A stretch of 64,000 bases of DNA, taken from positions 96,001 through 160,000 of the forward strand of contig CBDCCZ010000001.1 in NCBI GenBank assembly GCA_965215005.1, in the 5' to 3' direction. The notes under the pieces were generated by a model, which had not been told where the DNA came from, did no database searches, and saw only the letters and a program-made list of their open reading frames with translations. This DNA is from Kofleriaceae bacterium (GTDB lineage Bacteria; Myxococcota_A; Polyangia; Haliangiales; Haliangiaceae). Every line of letters starts with the position of its first letter. Position 1 is the stretch's first letter. Made by a program: the position numbers and the translations under genes. This document shows positions 1-10,941 of the stretch, one piece after another.

Positions 1-40
1 CGGCTTGAGCCGCGCCGTCTTTGCGAGACTGAAGGTCTCG

Positions 41-238
41 CTACATCGTTTTCATCCAATCATCAACCTCGCGTTCAGCCTTGTCCTTTTCGATGCCATA
101 TCGCTGCTGAATCCGGCCGACGAAGCGGTCGCGGTCGCCAGCTGCCTGCTGCAGATCGTCGTCCGTGAGCTTGCCCCACTTCGTACGCGCTTGGCCCTGC
201 AGCTCTTTCCACTTACCTTTAGCGATGTCCCAATTCAT
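41..238 (-). CDS. CsbD family general stress protein
   Basis: 65-aa MNWDIAKGKWKELQGQARTKWGKLTDDDL...IQQRYG matches the CsbD/YjbJ pattern; AAGGAG RBS at 245-250; true start is ATG at 238, not the long ORF start. Confidence 0.92.
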   Translation of the reverse strand: MNWDIAKGKWKELQGQARTKWGKLTDDDLQQAAGDRDRFVGRIQQRYGIEKDKAEREVDDWMKTM

Positions 239-269
239 GAGAATCTCCTTTCGAATGCTCATAGCTTCA

Positions 270-285
270 AGCAGATGACGTGCCA
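270..285 (-). promoter_or_regulatory. sigma54 -24/-12 promoter upstream of the CsbD gene
   Basis: TGGCACGTCATCTGCT on the minus strand (GG-N10-GC), about 30 nt upstream of ATG. Confidence 0.65.
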
Positions 286-509
286 ATCCCCGTCCCCTGT
301 CCGCGCGGCTCGGCTCCAGCCTGGGATCGGCAGGAGTGTCCCTTTGCGCCGATTCGACACACCTGCGCGACATCGGTGCACCGAGGCTGCGCCGAATCTG
401 CGCAGCGAGCGCTCCCTCAGCTATCGAAGTTCTTGAGATGACTGGATTGGCCGTGACATGGCGGCGGGCCTCGTAGCTGCAATTCGCCGCCTCCTCGAAG
501 GAGGCGCTC

Positions 510-896
510 ATGGAGCTTGGTCTTGTTGTGATGCCGCTATTGCCCTCGCCCCAGGGGGAGCTCGTCGAGGAACCGGTCGAGTTCGAGTGCCGCGACGGCC
601 AGCGGCTGCGACTGCCGCCGGCGCTGGCGCTGGCAATCCGTCGCTGGCTCGAACATGCATCCACTGTTGCACCGGCAGCGGTTGAGCCACTGCCGGTTCC
701 GCCGCGCATGAGTAAGCGGGAGCGCGATGTTCTTGCGGGCCTGGTCGACGGCCAGTCCTACAAACAAATCGCCTACGAGCTCGATATCAGCATGGATACG
801 GTGCGAACGTACATTCGCCGGCTATACCGCAAACTCGGTGTTCACAGCGCCGTCGAAGCCGTGACACTGGCGCATCGCACCGGCCTGGCGCGCTAG
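510..896 (+). CDS. LuxR/NarL-type HTH transcriptional regulator without a clear receiver domain
   Basis: C-terminal MSKRERDVLAGLVDGQSYKQIAYELDISMDTVRTYIRRLYRKLGV; AAGGAGG RBS. Confidence 0.85.
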   Translation: MELGLVVMPLLPSPQGELVEEPVEFECRDGQRLRLPPALALAIRRWLEHASTVAPAAVEPLPVPPRMSKRERDVLAGLVDGQSYKQIAYELDISMDTVRTYIRRLYRKLGVHSAVEAVTLAHRTGLAR

Positions 897-973
897 CCTG
901 CAGCTGCGTTCCCGCATCGCTCCTGTCGCGATTTAGTGTTGCGTTGCCCTCGTTGTGAGCTCAAAGCACGCAC

Positions 974-2713
974 TCAAAGGCCGTACTTCTTTAGCTTGGT
1001 CAAGAACGTGCGACGCGGCATGCTGATGAGCCGGGCGGCTTGCGACTGCACGCCGGCACTTGCCTCGAGCGCTTCTTGCATACGACGACGCTCGAGCTCG
1101 GCGACCTCGTCCGCGATGGGAACGAACTTGGTTGGGGCCTCTTCTGCAGGATTCAATGCGCGCGTGGAAACGCTGCGACGTCCAAGCTCCGCGGGGAGAT
1201 GCCATGGCTCAGCCACCTCGCCGACGACGGTGGCGGCCAGGTAATCGGCGATATTGGCCAGCTCGCGCACATTGCCGGGGAACGGGTATCTGGCAAGTGC
1301 GTGCATGGTGGCGTCGCTCAGCGTCAACTCTTCTCGCTGCTGCCGCGCGCACGCCCTCTCCAGGAGCGCCCGGCTCAGCAGCGGAATGTCTCGCGGACGG
1401 TCGCGAAGCGGCGGAAGCTCAACAGTAGCAGCGCCGAGACGATAATACAGATCTTCGCGGAATCGGCCCGCGGCAACCTCTTGGCGCAGGTCGCGGTGGG
1501 TAGCTGCGACCACGCGGAAGTCGGCGGCGATTGGCTGTATGTCGCCAAGTCGCTGCACCTGCTTAGTGTCCAGGACGCGGAGTAGCTTGGCTTGCAGCGG
1601 CAAAGGCAGCTCTCCGATCTCGTCAAAGAACACCGTGCCGCGGTTGGCGGCTTCGAGAAAACCGAGTTTGTCGCGTTCAGCGCCGGAGAATGCGCCGCGG
1701 CGATAGCCGAAGAGCTCGCTTTCGATCAGTGCTGCGGGCAACGCGGCCGCATTGACGGCGATAAACGGGCCACTCGCACGGCTGGAGCCAGCGTGAACTG
1801 CATGGGCGGCGGCTTCCTTGCCAACTCCAGTTTCGCCGAGGATCAACACCGCGAGCTCGCTTTTAGCTAGCCGCTCGAGCAGCGCATAGATGCGGCTCAT
1901 CGCAGGATCTGCAATGAGGATGGCGGTGTTGCCGAGCGTCAAACGTTGAGCTGCAGCAGCTGCATCGCGCACGCGCTCAGCTGAGGGTAGCTCCGCCGCG
2001 GCTCGAGCGGCGCCGAGTAATGCGTCACCGTCGCCGCCATCGCCGGGACAGACTGCCAAGCCCGCCGCGGCGTTCGGCGCGATCGGCGCCAGCGCATCGA
2101 GAATGGCGAGCAATCGCTGCCGCGCCGTGCTGCGCCGAAGCTCGGGCAGAAGCACGACGAGCAGGCCCCGCTGCAGCCAGCCCGCAACTTCGCAGCGCGA
2201 GAGGCAATGCCCGAGACGAGCCTGCACGCGCCGCTCGTCGCTCGCGTGCAGGTCGATCATAGCAACAGCGAGGGGGCGGCCATACCGCAGCGAACGCTCG
2301 ACCTCTTCGTCCAGCCGCGCCCGTAATGACTCTTCCGACAGCGCATCGCCTCGCCGACCTCTGCGTTCGACTCGGACCACCAGCACTGCTTCCCCGAGGC
2401 GAAGCACGTCGCCAGAGGCTAGTGTTCGAGCACCGTCGGCGAGTCGTTGGCCGTTGACGCAGGTCCCGTTGTGACTTTCGAGATCGCGAATGGTGACGGC
2501 GTCGTCAATGGACAATCGCGCGTGTCGTCGCGATACCGAAGGATGATCGATGGAGATGTCGGCATCTTCAGCGCGACCGATCTCGAGAATCCCTTGGCTA
2601 GGCATCGAGACTCGCCAGGAGCGATCAGCGACGATGACCAGCAGATGCGCGTCACTCGCTGCCGCAGGGCGCTCGAGACTGACGGTGGGTGGCGGTTGCA
2701 CCCTCGCGCTCAC
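974..2713 (-). CDS. sigma54-dependent enhancer-binding protein with FHA, degenerate GGDEF-like, AAA+ and Fis HTH domains
   Basis: FHA (IGR...SVSRRHA...SHNGT), GETGVGKE, ESELFG, GAFSGA, FFDEIGE, FREDLYYRL, FPGNVREL, C-terminal HTH. Confidence 0.92.
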   Translation of the reverse strand: MSARVQPPPTVSLERPAAASDAHLLVIVADRSWRVSMPSQGILEIGRAEDADISIDHPSVSRRHARLSIDDAVTIRDLESHNGTCVNGQRLADGARTLASGDVLRLGEAVLVVRVERRGRRGDALSEESLRARLDEEVERSLRYGRPLAVAMIDLHASDERRVQARLGHCLSRCEVAGWLQRGLLVVLLPELRRSTARQRLLAILDALAPIAPNAAAGLAVCPGDGGDGDALLGAARAAAELPSAERVRDAAAAAQRLTLGNTAILIADPAMSRIYALLERLAKSELAVLILGETGVGKEAAAHAVHAGSSRASGPFIAVNAAALPAALIESELFGYRRGAFSGAERDKLGFLEAANRGTVFFDEIGELPLPLQAKLLRVLDTKQVQRLGDIQPIAADFRVVAATHRDLRQEVAAGRFREDLYYRLGAATVELPPLRDRPRDIPLLSRALLERACARQQREELTLSDATMHALARYPFPGNVRELANIADYLAATVVGEVAEPWHLPAELGRRSVSTRALNPAEEAPTKFVPIADEVAELERRRMQEALEASAGVQSQAARLISMPRRTFLTKLKKYGL

Positions 2714-4368
2714 GGCCGTCTATGAAGGAACTCGCGCACGAAGTCACGGAGCGAGTCGACGGAAAGCGGTTTGTCCAGCACCGGCTTCGAGATGGTGGAC
2801 AAGAAGGCGCGCGCTTGCGAGGTAAATGCACCGCCGGTCAGGAAAGCCAGTTTGTCAGCCTGGGCCGGCCAGCGCCGCTGCAGCTGTTGAAAGACCTCCA
2901 TCCCGGAGGTGTCCGGCATCATCAGGTCGCACAAGATCAAGTCGAAGCGCTCGCCATTGGCCAATCGCGCCAACGCGTCATCGCCGCGACTCTCGAATAC
3001 CACCTCGTGGTCGCCGCCGAGGATGCGCTCGATGCTGCGGCCAACGAATTGCTCATCGTCGATGACCAGAATGCGAGCCCGCGAGGGCGCCGGCCCCGCC
3101 ACTTCCGCCGCGGCAGGCTCGGCGCTCACCAACTCGTATCGCGGCAAGCGAATCTCGAAGCTCGAGCCGCGGCCGAGCTCGCTCGTGACCGTGAGCTCAC
3201 CGCAATGCGCGTGGACGATGTCGCGCGCCATGGTGAGACCTAGCCCCGTGCCTTCGCCGACGGCGCGAGTGGTAAAGAATGGGTCGAACAAGCGCGGAAG
3301 GTTCTCGGGTGGGATCCCCTCGCCGGTATCGCTCACCGCTAGCACGGCTGTTTCGTCTACCTGACGCAGGCGTACGGTGATCTGATGCTTCGGTGCGGCA
3401 CCCTCTCGTATTGCTTGCGCCGCGTTGAGGAGCAGGTTCAGTACCACTCGGCTCAGCTGCGAGGCGCAGCCATAAATTGGCGGCAATGGCTCGTAGTCTT
3501 TCACGAGTCGCGCTCGATGACGGATCTGATTGAAGGCCATATTTACGGCCGCATCGGTGATACGGGTGAGGTCAACGCTGTCCCAGGTGCCGCCGACGCG
3601 AGATATCGTTCGCAAGTCGCGGATGATTCCCGAGATGCGCTCGGTGCCCTCCCGGGCCTCGTACAGCGCTACCTGAAGGTCATCGACCATCTTGACCGCT
3701 GCACCGCGCTGCTCATCATCGGCCCCGCTGGTCAGCGCGCGGGCGATGACCTGAAGATCACGTCTCACGATGTCGATGTTGCCGCCGATGTAGGTCAGCG
3801 GGTTGTTGATCTCGTGGCCGACTCCTGAGGCCAGAGTGCCGACGGCGACCATTCGGTCGAGCTCCATCATCTTGGCGACCAGCTTTTGCTGGCTGGTGGT
3901 GTCGCGTAAGACGCACATCACCTCGTCGGCTGCACTCGGCGCGCTGGCGACTTGAAAGTGGCGCGCGCCGCCGTCGAGCTCGATTTCCAGCTCGAGAGAG
4001 TGCGTGGTTTGAGTGGCCAACGTCGTGGCAACCAGCTCGCCGAGCTCTCGGCAGATCGCTTTCGGCAGGTTCAGCTCGTCAATGCAACTGCTTTCAACAC
4101 CGTCAACGGACACCCCGAGCATTTCCAGACCGCTGCCGTCGCGCGCTTTGATGCTCACGAACGTGCCGTCGCCGCGAATGCAGAGCACCGCGTCGGCCAA
4201 GGCTTCACCGAGCGCTCGCGCGCGGCGCTGTGCCTCCTGTGCGCGACTCTGCGCGCTCTCGAGCTCCGGGCCGGGATCAGCGGCGCCAGCCGTGCTCTGT
4301 TGGTGTTGCATGGGGCGGCGATGATGATAACGCACGCCAGCACGTGTGGGTGGATGACGTCGTGTCAC
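2710..4368 (-). CDS. hybrid sensor histidine kinase (PAS-like, HisKA, HATPase, receiver)
   Basis: GHEINNPL H-box, NLLLNAAQA, DTGEGI, FFTT...GTGLGL, receiver ILVIDDE...CDLMMP; start uncertain. Confidence 0.9.
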   Translation of the reverse strand: MTRRHPPTRAGVRYHHRRPMQHQQSTAGAADPGPELESAQSRAQEAQRRARALGEALADAVLCIRGDGTFVSIKARDGSGLEMLGVSVDGVESSCIDELNLPKAICRELGELVATTLATQTTHSLELEIELDGGARHFQVASAPSAADEVMCVLRDTTSQQKLVAKMMELDRMVAVGTLASGVGHEINNPLTYIGGNIDIVRRDLQVIARALTSGADDEQRGAAVKMVDDLQVALYEAREGTERISGIIRDLRTISRVGGTWDSVDLTRITDAAVNMAFNQIRHRARLVKDYEPLPPIYGCASQLSRVVLNLLLNAAQAIREGAAPKHQITVRLRQVDETAVLAVSDTGEGIPPENLPRLFDPFFTTRAVGEGTGLGLTMARDIVHAHCGELTVTSELGRGSSFEIRLPRYELVSAEPAAAEVAGPAPSRARILVIDDEQFVGRSIERILGGDHEVVFESRGDDALARLANGERFDLILCDLMMPDTSGMEVFQQLQRRWPAQADKLAFLTGGAFTSQARAFLSTISKPVLDKPLSVDSLRDFVREFLHRRP

Positions 4369-5594
4369 CCCCGCGGTGCGAACAGCTCAGGCAGGACTTG
4401 TCCGCTGTCCACGGCGCTTATTGGCCGCCCAGCGCGCGACATTCGCCGGCGATCCCCGTCGATCCCGAGGGACGCCGCGACGGACGCGTAGACATCAGCC
4501 ACCGAAGCCGGGCTGCCGACGACGTTGCTGCCGTCTGCGGTCGTGGCGCCGAGCGCGATGCCGCCGCGTACTCCGCCGCCGGCCAGCACCAGCGGCGTGA
4601 CTTTGGGATAGTGATCGCGTCCGCCGCGAGCGTTGAGGTGCGGGGTCCTGCCGAACTCGCCGGCCCAGACGAGCAGCGTACTTTCGAGCTGTCCACGGGC
4701 CGACAGATCGTCGAGCAGCGCCGAAAATCCCAGATCGAGCTCGCCGAGCAGCGGCTGGGTGCGCGCCTGATGATCGGTGTGCGTGTCCCAGCCGCTCTGA
4801 GTGACGGTGACAAACGTCGCGCCCGCCTCGATGAGCCGTCGCGCCATTAGGCAGCCGCGGCCAAATTTGTTGTCGCCGTAGCGACTGCGAACCTCGAGCG
4901 GCTCGACGTCGATGTCGAAGGCGGCCGCTTCAGCGGCGCGGGCGAGGGCGATGGCGCGCTCGTGGGCGGTGCGGTGCGCGGTGACCACCGAGTCGTCGTG
5001 TTGCCGCGCAAAGTCGCGCTCGAGACTCCGCCAGAGCTGTTCGCGATCCGCGACGCGGGCAGCGGCTAGACCGCCAGCTGGAGCCAGATTTTCAGCCCCT
5101 CGGCGGGCATCGGGAACCTGAAAGGGCGCTTGTGCAGGGCCGAGGAACCCCGGGCCGGGCCCCGGCTCGCCGATCTCGATGAATCCCGGCAACGCACTCG
5201 CTTGGCGCTCGGAGGCGACCAGTGCGCCGAACGCCGGATGTTCGACCCCGGCCGCTGACGCATGGCCGGTGAGCATGAGGTGCCGAGCCCGCTGATGGTT
5301 GCCTTCGCCGCTCGCCAGCGAACGCACGATGGCCAGATGATGCGCTCGCTCCGCCAGCTGCGGCAGCCGCGCGCCGAGCTCGATGCCTGCGACACTGCTG
5401 GCTAGCGCGGCCGATGCGTTTGGCAGGTCGGGTTTGGGATCAAAGGTGTCCAAGGCGCAAGGGCCGCCGGCCATGAAGAGGAAGATGCAGCGCTTGCGAG
5501 CGGGTGAGGCCGCGGCCGCCTGCTCGAGTCGTAGCGGCAGCGCGGCCATTCCGAGCGCGCCAAGCCCCACCTGTAAGAACTGTCGCCGTTTCAT
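4365..5594 (-). CDS. DUF1501 family protein with Tat signal
   Basis: MKRRQFLQ; FMAGGP..LDTFDPKP; ARRLIEAGATFV; GWDTH; GEFGRTP; GRDHYP. Confidence 0.9.
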   Translation of the reverse strand: MKRRQFLQVGLGALGMAALPLRLEQAAAASPARKRCIFLFMAGGPCALDTFDPKPDLPNASAALASSVAGIELGARLPQLAERAHHLAIVRSLASGEGNHQRARHLMLTGHASAAGVEHPAFGALVASERQASALPGFIEIGEPGPGPGFLGPAQAPFQVPDARRGAENLAPAGGLAAARVADREQLWRSLERDFARQHDDSVVTAHRTAHERAIALARAAEAAAFDIDVEPLEVRSRYGDNKFGRGCLMARRLIEAGATFVTVTQSGWDTHTDHQARTQPLLGELDLGFSALLDDLSARGQLESTLLVWAGEFGRTPHLNARGGRDHYPKVTPLVLAGGGVRGGIALGATTADGSNVVGSPASVADVYASVAASLGIDGDRRRMSRAGRPISAVDSGQVLPELFAPRG

Positions 5595-5602
5595 ACATTC
5601 CC

Positions 5603-7120
5603 TCAGTGGTTGGTGGTGAACTCGGTGGAGGTGAGAAGCGCATGAAAAAGATCTTCGTAGGCGCTGCGGGCATCGCCTCGCACTTGCAGAAACTCCAGAA
5701 GTCGCTCTGATTCAGCCGCCGTTGGCTGGCGCGTGAGAGCTGTCAAGAACAGCCAATCGAGGCGCAGTGCCGGATCGGTGGTGCGTTCATAGATGCGCGC
5801 CAGGACGCTGCCCCGGTGAGCTCGTGCGCCGATGCTGGTGAGCACGCCATTTCGCTCCAGCAGCGCGCGAGGCATGCTGCCGGCGTCCTCCGCACCTTCG
5901 CCGAGCACCGTGCGCAGCTCGCGGAGCCAGCGATTGCGGCGATTGTTGGTTCGATCGGCGGGATCGCGCTCTTGCGCGTCGCGGTCGAATCCGGTCGCCC
6001 ACAGCAGTGACTCGAGGAGCTGCTCGGGACTCAGCACGCGAACGCGAGCCGCCGCGAAGTGCTGTCGCTGCTTCGCAGTGGTGTTTCGCGAGGTGCGCTG
6101 ATACGTCCTCGAGGTGACCAGCCCCTTGAGGAGCGCCCGCCGATCAAAGCCGCTCTTGCCGAACGCGCGGGCAAGCCGCACGAGCAGGCGCGGCGGCGCA
6201 TCTTCCAGATCGTCCCACGCATCGACGGGTGCGGCGCCAAACAGCTGCTGCCAGTGAAACGCTACGGTCACCTGCGCAAAGCGTCGCGTGCCGACGATGG
6301 CCCTGGCCAGAGCTGCGCGGCGCTGCGTGGCGTCGCTAGGACGGGCGCCGAAGAACGCCGGTTCCAGGTCGCGGAAGTCGCTCTTCTTGCCGCTGCCGTC
6401 GACGAGCACGCGGTCGCCGGTGGTGTGGTCTGGGCGAACCGCGGAGTCGCCAAAGAAGGCGGCAAAGCGGCGGAAATCGTCCTGCTTGAAGCGGCGATCA
6501 TATGGATGGTCGTGGCACTGGGCGCACTGGAGCTGGAGGCCGAGAAAGACTCTGGCGGTGGTGCCGGCGAGGTCTTCGATGCCGCCGCTGCCGGTTAGCC
6601 GCGAAGCGACGAAGAACGCCGGTCCTTCATTGATTGTGCCGGTGGCGGTGAGGAGTGCCGTGACGAGGGCGCTCATGTCGATGTTGGCGGCGAGCTGCTC
6701 GATGAGCCAACGGCGCGAGCCCGAGCGCTCGATCGACGCGCGCTGCTGTGCAGGCACCAGCAGCCCGAGGTAGATGTCGGCCCAGCGCGCCGGGTGCGCC
6801 GGTGAGTCGAGCAGCCGGTCCACCAAGCGCTCGCGCTTGTGCTCATCCCGATCGGTGAGAAATTCTAGCGCTTCGCCAGTGGTCGGTGTGCGCCCTACCA
6901 AATCGAGGGTAACGCGCCGCAAGTACTCGCCATCGCCTGCTCGGGGAGCGGGCTCGATATCGGCGCGTTGCCAGCTGGCGTGGGATTCCTCGTCAACGAG
7001 GCGCGCGAAGGCACGCCACGAGGTGTCAGCGTCATTGGGGGCGGCCTGCACGTGCGCAGCCGAGGCGGCTACGAGAAGCATCGCGGCAACACGAACCAAT
7101 CTGGCGCAGGACATGCTCAT
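5603..7120 (-). CDS. DUF1549/DUF1553 domain secreted protein
   Basis: YLRRVTLDLVGRTPT, LQCAQCHDHP, RVLSPEQLLESL, SSTEF-like C-terminus; start at 7120 chosen from the signal peptide. Confidence 0.85.
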   Translation of the reverse strand: MSMSCARLVRVAAMLLVAASAAHVQAAPNDADTSWRAFARLVDEESHASWQRADIEPAPRAGDGEYLRRVTLDLVGRTPTTGEALEFLTDRDEHKRERLVDRLLDSPAHPARWADIYLGLLVPAQQRASIERSGSRRWLIEQLAANIDMSALVTALLTATGTINEGPAFFVASRLTGSGGIEDLAGTTARVFLGLQLQCAQCHDHPYDRRFKQDDFRRFAAFFGDSAVRPDHTTGDRVLVDGSGKKSDFRDLEPAFFGARPSDATQRRAALARAIVGTRRFAQVTVAFHWQQLFGAAPVDAWDDLEDAPPRLLVRLARAFGKSGFDRRALLKGLVTSRTYQRTSRNTTAKQRQHFAAARVRVLSPEQLLESLLWATGFDRDAQERDPADRTNNRRNRWLRELRTVLGEGAEDAGSMPRALLERNGVLTSIGARAHRGSVLARIYERTTDPALRLDWLFLTALTRQPTAAESERLLEFLQVRGDARSAYEDLFHALLTSTEFTTNH

Positions 7121-7391
7121 GAGACGTTCGGACCCCGCAGCAGCCGCAAGGTTAACCGCTCGAGTCGGAGCGAATCCTGAAGCAGGCATCGGACTCGGCG
7201 GAGCGCGGGTGCGAAAACGTCGCGCAGGTGGCGGTGAAATGCCCGCTGCTCCATCGACTGGTGTAACCTCCGCGCGCCTTTGCGACTGCAACGAAACAGT
7301 GGGTGCGAGCTTCCAACGCAGCTAGAGCGACGGCAGGCGCGTTTGACGCGCGTGAAGTAAATGTGATTACAGTCCGCGGCCGGAGTTATCG

Positions 7392-8081
7392 ATGAGCTGG
7401 TTCAGCAAGTATGTACGTTCCTCGGTGGGTGCCAAGCACCTCATGGCGGTCACCGGTATCGCGCTGGTGATGTTCGTGGTCGCCCACATGCTCGGCAACC
7501 TGCTCGTGTTTGCGGGACCGAACGCGCTCAACGGGTATGCGCAGAATCTGCACGATACCGGTGGACTGCTGTGGGTAGCCCGCGCCGGGCTGTTGCTCGC
7601 TGTGGTCCTCCACATCGCCGCCTCGGTTCGGCTCACGGCGCTCAACAAGGCGGCTCGGCCGGACGGTTACGTTCGCTACAAACCGCGGCGCTCGCCGTTC
7701 TATTCGCGCGTCATGCCGTGGACTGGCCTGCTCCTGCTGCTCTTCATCATCTTTCATCTCTTGCACTTCACCTTTGGCGTGGTGCTGCCTGATGCCTATG
7801 GCCACACCGATGCGCTGGGGCGGCACGATGTATACGGGATGGTGGTGCGCGGCTTTCAGCAGCCCATCGTCACCATCACGTACATCATTGCGATGGTGTT
7901 TCTGTGCATGCACCTGGCGCATGGCGTCTCCAGCATGTTTCAGTCGCTTGGCATCAATCATCCCAAATACAACCCCATCATCATGAAGCTCGGGCCGATC
8001 ACCGGCATCGTTCTCTTCCTTGGCAACGCAGCGATGCCCCTCGCGGTTCTCGCCGGCCTCGTCACTCTGCCCGGAGCGTAG
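7392..8081 (+). CDS. sdhC: succinate dehydrogenase cytochrome b558 subunit
   Basis: [19 protein letters not shown], five TM helices with heme His residues (FHLLHF, HLAHG); precedes sdhA. Confidence 0.93.
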   Translation: MSWFSKYVRSSVGAKHLMAVTGIALVMFVVAHMLGNLLVFAGPNALNGYAQNLHDTGGLLWVARAGLLLAVVLHIAASVRLTALNKAARPDGYVRYKPRRSPFYSRVMPWTGLLLLLFIIFHLLHFTFGVVLPDAYGHTDALGRHDVYGMVVRGFQQPIVTITYIIAMVFLCMHLAHGVSSMFQSLGINHPKYNPIIMKLGPITGIVLFLGNAAMPLAVLAGLVTLPGA

Positions 8082-8086
8082 TTCTC

Positions 8087-10003
8087 ATGGACCTCGACGC
8101 ACGCATTCCCAGTGGTCCCATCGAGCAAAAATGGGACAACGCCAAGTTCGAGCTCAAGCTCGTCAATCCGGCCAACAAGCGCAAGTTCGACATCATCGTG
8201 GTGGGTTCGGGTCTGGCGGGTGGTGGCGCGGCCGCCACGCTCGCTGAGCTTGGCTACAATGTTGCCTGCTTTTGCTATCAAGACAGTCCGCGGCGCGCGC
8301 ACTCGATCGCCGCACAAGGCGGCATCAATGCCGCCAAGAACTATCAGAACGACGGAGATAGCGTCTTTCGACTGTTCTACGACACAGTGAAAGGCGGGGA
8401 CTTCCGGTCGCGTGAGGCCAACGTATATCGGTTGGCGCAGGTGAGTGTCGACATCATCGATCAAGCCACGGCGCAGGGCGTGCCATTTGCGCGCGAGTAC
8501 GGCGGTACGCTGGCCAATCGCTCGTTTGGCGGCGCGCAAGTTTCCAGGACGTTCTATGCGCGCGGCCAAACCGGCCAACAGCTGCTGCTCGGGGTCTACG
8601 CGGCGCTGAGCCGGCAAATCGCTGCTGGCAAGGTCACGATGTTCCCGCGCAGCGAGATGCTCGAGCTGGTGGTGGTCGATGGTCGTGCCGCCGGCGTGAT
8701 CATCCGCAATTTGGTCACTGGAAAGGTCGAGTCGTTCTCTGGGCACGCGGTGCTACTGGCCACCGGCGGCTACTCCAACGCGTTCTTCTTGTCGACCAAC
8801 GCTATGGGCTGCAATGTCACAGCGGCTTGGCGCGCTTACAAGAAGGGCGCAGGCTTCGCCAATCCTTGCTACACGCAGATTCATCCAACCTGCATCCCGC
8901 AAAGCGGCGACTACCAGTCCAAGCTTACCTTGATGAGCGAGTCCCTGCGCAACGACGGCCGGGTCTGGGTTCCGAAGAACAAGGATGATCTCGACAAGAA
9001 CGCAACTGACATCCCCGACGATCGCCGCGATTACTACCTCGAGCGCAAGTACCCGAGCTTTGGCAATCTAGCGCCGCGCGACATCGCGTCGCGTAGCGCC
9101 AAAGAGGTGTGCGATGCGGGGCACGGCGTTGGGCCTGGCGGCCGCGGGGTTTATCTCGACTTTCGCGACTCAATCAAGCGGCTCGGGGCGGATATGATCA
9201 GCGCCCGCTACGGCAACTTGTTCGACATGTACGCCAAGATCACGGATGAGAATCCGTATCGCGCGCCTATGCGAATCTATCCAGCGCCTCACTACACCAT
9301 GGGTGGGCTATGGGTGGATTATCACCTGCAAAGCACGATTCCTGGCTTGTTCGTGCTCGGCGAGGCCAACTTCTCGGACCATGGTGCCAATCGTCTCGGT
9401 GCATCAGCGCTCATGCAGGGACTAGCCGATGGATACTTCGTCATCCCCTACACGCTCGGCCATTACCTCGCAACTGCCAAGCCGCAGAAGGTAGCAACGG
9501 ATCATCCCGAGTTTCGCCGCGCCGAAGAGGAGATTCGCGGCAAAGTCAATCGCTTCTTATCGATAAATGGCAAACGCACGGTAGATTCCTTCCACCGTGA
9601 GCTCGGAACGCTTCTTTGGGACCATTGCGGCATGGCGCGCAATCGGGTTGGCCTCGAGAAAGCAATCGCTACGATTCCGGCACTGCGCGCGGAGTTCTGG
9701 GAGAACGTGCGCGTTCTCGGCGACGGCGACACGTTCAATCAGAGTCTGGAGAAGGCAGGCCGAGTTGCCGACTTTCTCGAGTTTGGCGAGCTGATGTGCC
9801 GCGATGCTCTGGCTCGTGAAGAGAGCTGTGGCGGCCATTTTCGTGAAGAACATCAGACCGCCGAGGGTGAGGCCGAGCGCGATGATGAGAACTTTGCTCA
9901 TGCCGCCGTCTGGGAGTACACGGGCGCGCAACGTGATCCCGTACGTCACAAGGAAGAACTGACGTTCGAAAACGTCAAGCTCGCTATCAGGAGTTATAAA
10001 TAA
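8087..10003 (+). CDS. sdhA: succinate dehydrogenase/fumarate reductase flavoprotein subunit
   Basis: GSGLAG FAD motif, [40 protein letters not shown]; start ATG 8087. Confidence 0.96.
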   Translation: MDLDARIPSGPIEQKWDNAKFELKLVNPANKRKFDIIVVGSGLAGGGAAATLAELGYNVACFCYQDSPRRAHSIAAQGGINAAKNYQNDGDSVFRLFYDTVKGGDFRSREANVYRLAQVSVDIIDQATAQGVPFAREYGGTLANRSFGGAQVSRTFYARGQTGQQLLLGVYAALSRQIAAGKVTMFPRSEMLELVVVDGRAAGVIIRNLVTGKVESFSGHAVLLATGGYSNAFFLSTNAMGCNVTAAWRAYKKGAGFANPCYTQIHPTCIPQSGDYQSKLTLMSESLRNDGRVWVPKNKDDLDKNATDIPDDRRDYYLERKYPSFGNLAPRDIASRSAKEVCDAGHGVGPGGRGVYLDFRDSIKRLGADMISARYGNLFDMYAKITDENPYRAPMRIYPAPHYTMGGLWVDYHLQSTIPGLFVLGEANFSDHGANRLGASALMQGLADGYFVIPYTLGHYLATAKPQKVATDHPEFRRAEEEIRGKVNRFLSINGKRTVDSFHRELGTLLWDHCGMARNRVGLEKAIATIPALRAEFWENVRVLGDGDTFNQSLEKAGRVADFLEFGELMCRDALAREESCGGHFREEHQTAEGEAERDDENFAHAAVWEYTGAQRDPVRHKEELTFENVKLAIRSYK

Positions 10004-10752
10004 TGCGACTGACGCTGCACATCTGGCGACAGAAGGGCCCGAAGGCTCCTGGCAAGATGGTCAAATACGTCCTTGATGACGTAAGCGAGCACATGTCTTT
10101 TCTTGAGATGCTCGATGTCCTCAATGAGCAACTCACCGTGAAAGGCGAGGAGCCGGTCGCGTTCGACAGCGACTGTCGCGAAGGCATTTGCGGCACCTGT
10201 TCTATGGTGATCGACGGTCGCACCCACGGTCCGGAGAAGGGCACCACCGTCTGCCAGCTCCATATGCGCCGTTTCAAAGACGGTGATGAGATCTACATTG
10301 AGCCGTGGCGGTCGCGGGCGTTCCCAGTGCTGCGCGACCTGTGCGTCGACCGCTCCGCGTTCGACAAGATCATTCAAGCCGGCGGATACATCAGCTCGAA
10401 TGTCGGCTCAGCGCCAGACGCCAATGCCGTACCGATTCCCAAGGAAGAAGCCGATCGCGCTTTCGACGCCGCCACCTGCATTGGCTGCGGCGCGTGCGTG
10501 GCAGCGTGTCCCAACGGTTCGGCGATGCTGTTCACCGCCGCCAAGCTAGCCCATCTCCATCAGCTGCCGCAGGGGCAGGCGGAGCGCAAGCGGCGCACCA
10601 AAGACATGGTCGAGGCTATGGACGCCGCGGGATTTGGCAACTGCACCAATCTCTACGAGTGCGAAGCGGCTTGTCCAAAGGAGATCAAGCGCGAGGTCAT
10701 GGCGCTGATGTACCGGGATTACGCGAAGTCCGCGCTCACGTACCGCGACTGA
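10003..10752 (+). CDS. sdhB: succinate dehydrogenase iron-sulfur subunit
   Basis: [33 protein letters not shown]. Confidence 0.96.
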   Translation: MRLTLHIWRQKGPKAPGKMVKYVLDDVSEHMSFLEMLDVLNEQLTVKGEEPVAFDSDCREGICGTCSMVIDGRTHGPEKGTTVCQLHMRRFKDGDEIYIEPWRSRAFPVLRDLCVDRSAFDKIIQAGGYISSNVGSAPDANAVPIPKEEADRAFDAATCIGCGACVAACPNGSAMLFTAAKLAHLHQLPQGQAERKRRTKDMVEAMDAAGFGNCTNLYECEAACPKEIKREVMALMYRDYAKSALTYRD

Positions 10753-10873
10753 GGGTTTCTGCTGCACACGCCACTCAGGCGTATTTCACCCGCGCTTTGG
10801 GCACGGTGGGTTTCTCGACTTTCTGCAGCTCCGGCCGGGCTCTCCTGGATTTGCGATGACCGCGACACGTTGG

Positions 10874-10889
10874 CGGCATGTGCTTTGCA
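10874..10889 (+). promoter_or_regulatory. sigma54 -24/-12 promoter upstream of the general stress protein gene
   Basis: CGGCATGTGCTTTGCA (GG-N10-GC), about 53 nt upstream of ATG 10942. Confidence 0.55.
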
Positions 10890-10941
10890 AACTGGCGTTT
10901 ATGCGCCCACGGCGCAGGACTCGTCCAAAGGAGAACCCCGC

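Noticed and set aside
336..364. TGTCCCC in host DNA near the CsbD gene
   Set aside because: No TGCCTCT at the 15-nt spacing.
458..510. GLVAAIRRLLEGGA as the remnant of a receiver domain frameshifted from the LuxR gene
   Set aside because: Too short, no upstream receiver motifs found, and the LuxR ORF has its own RBS.
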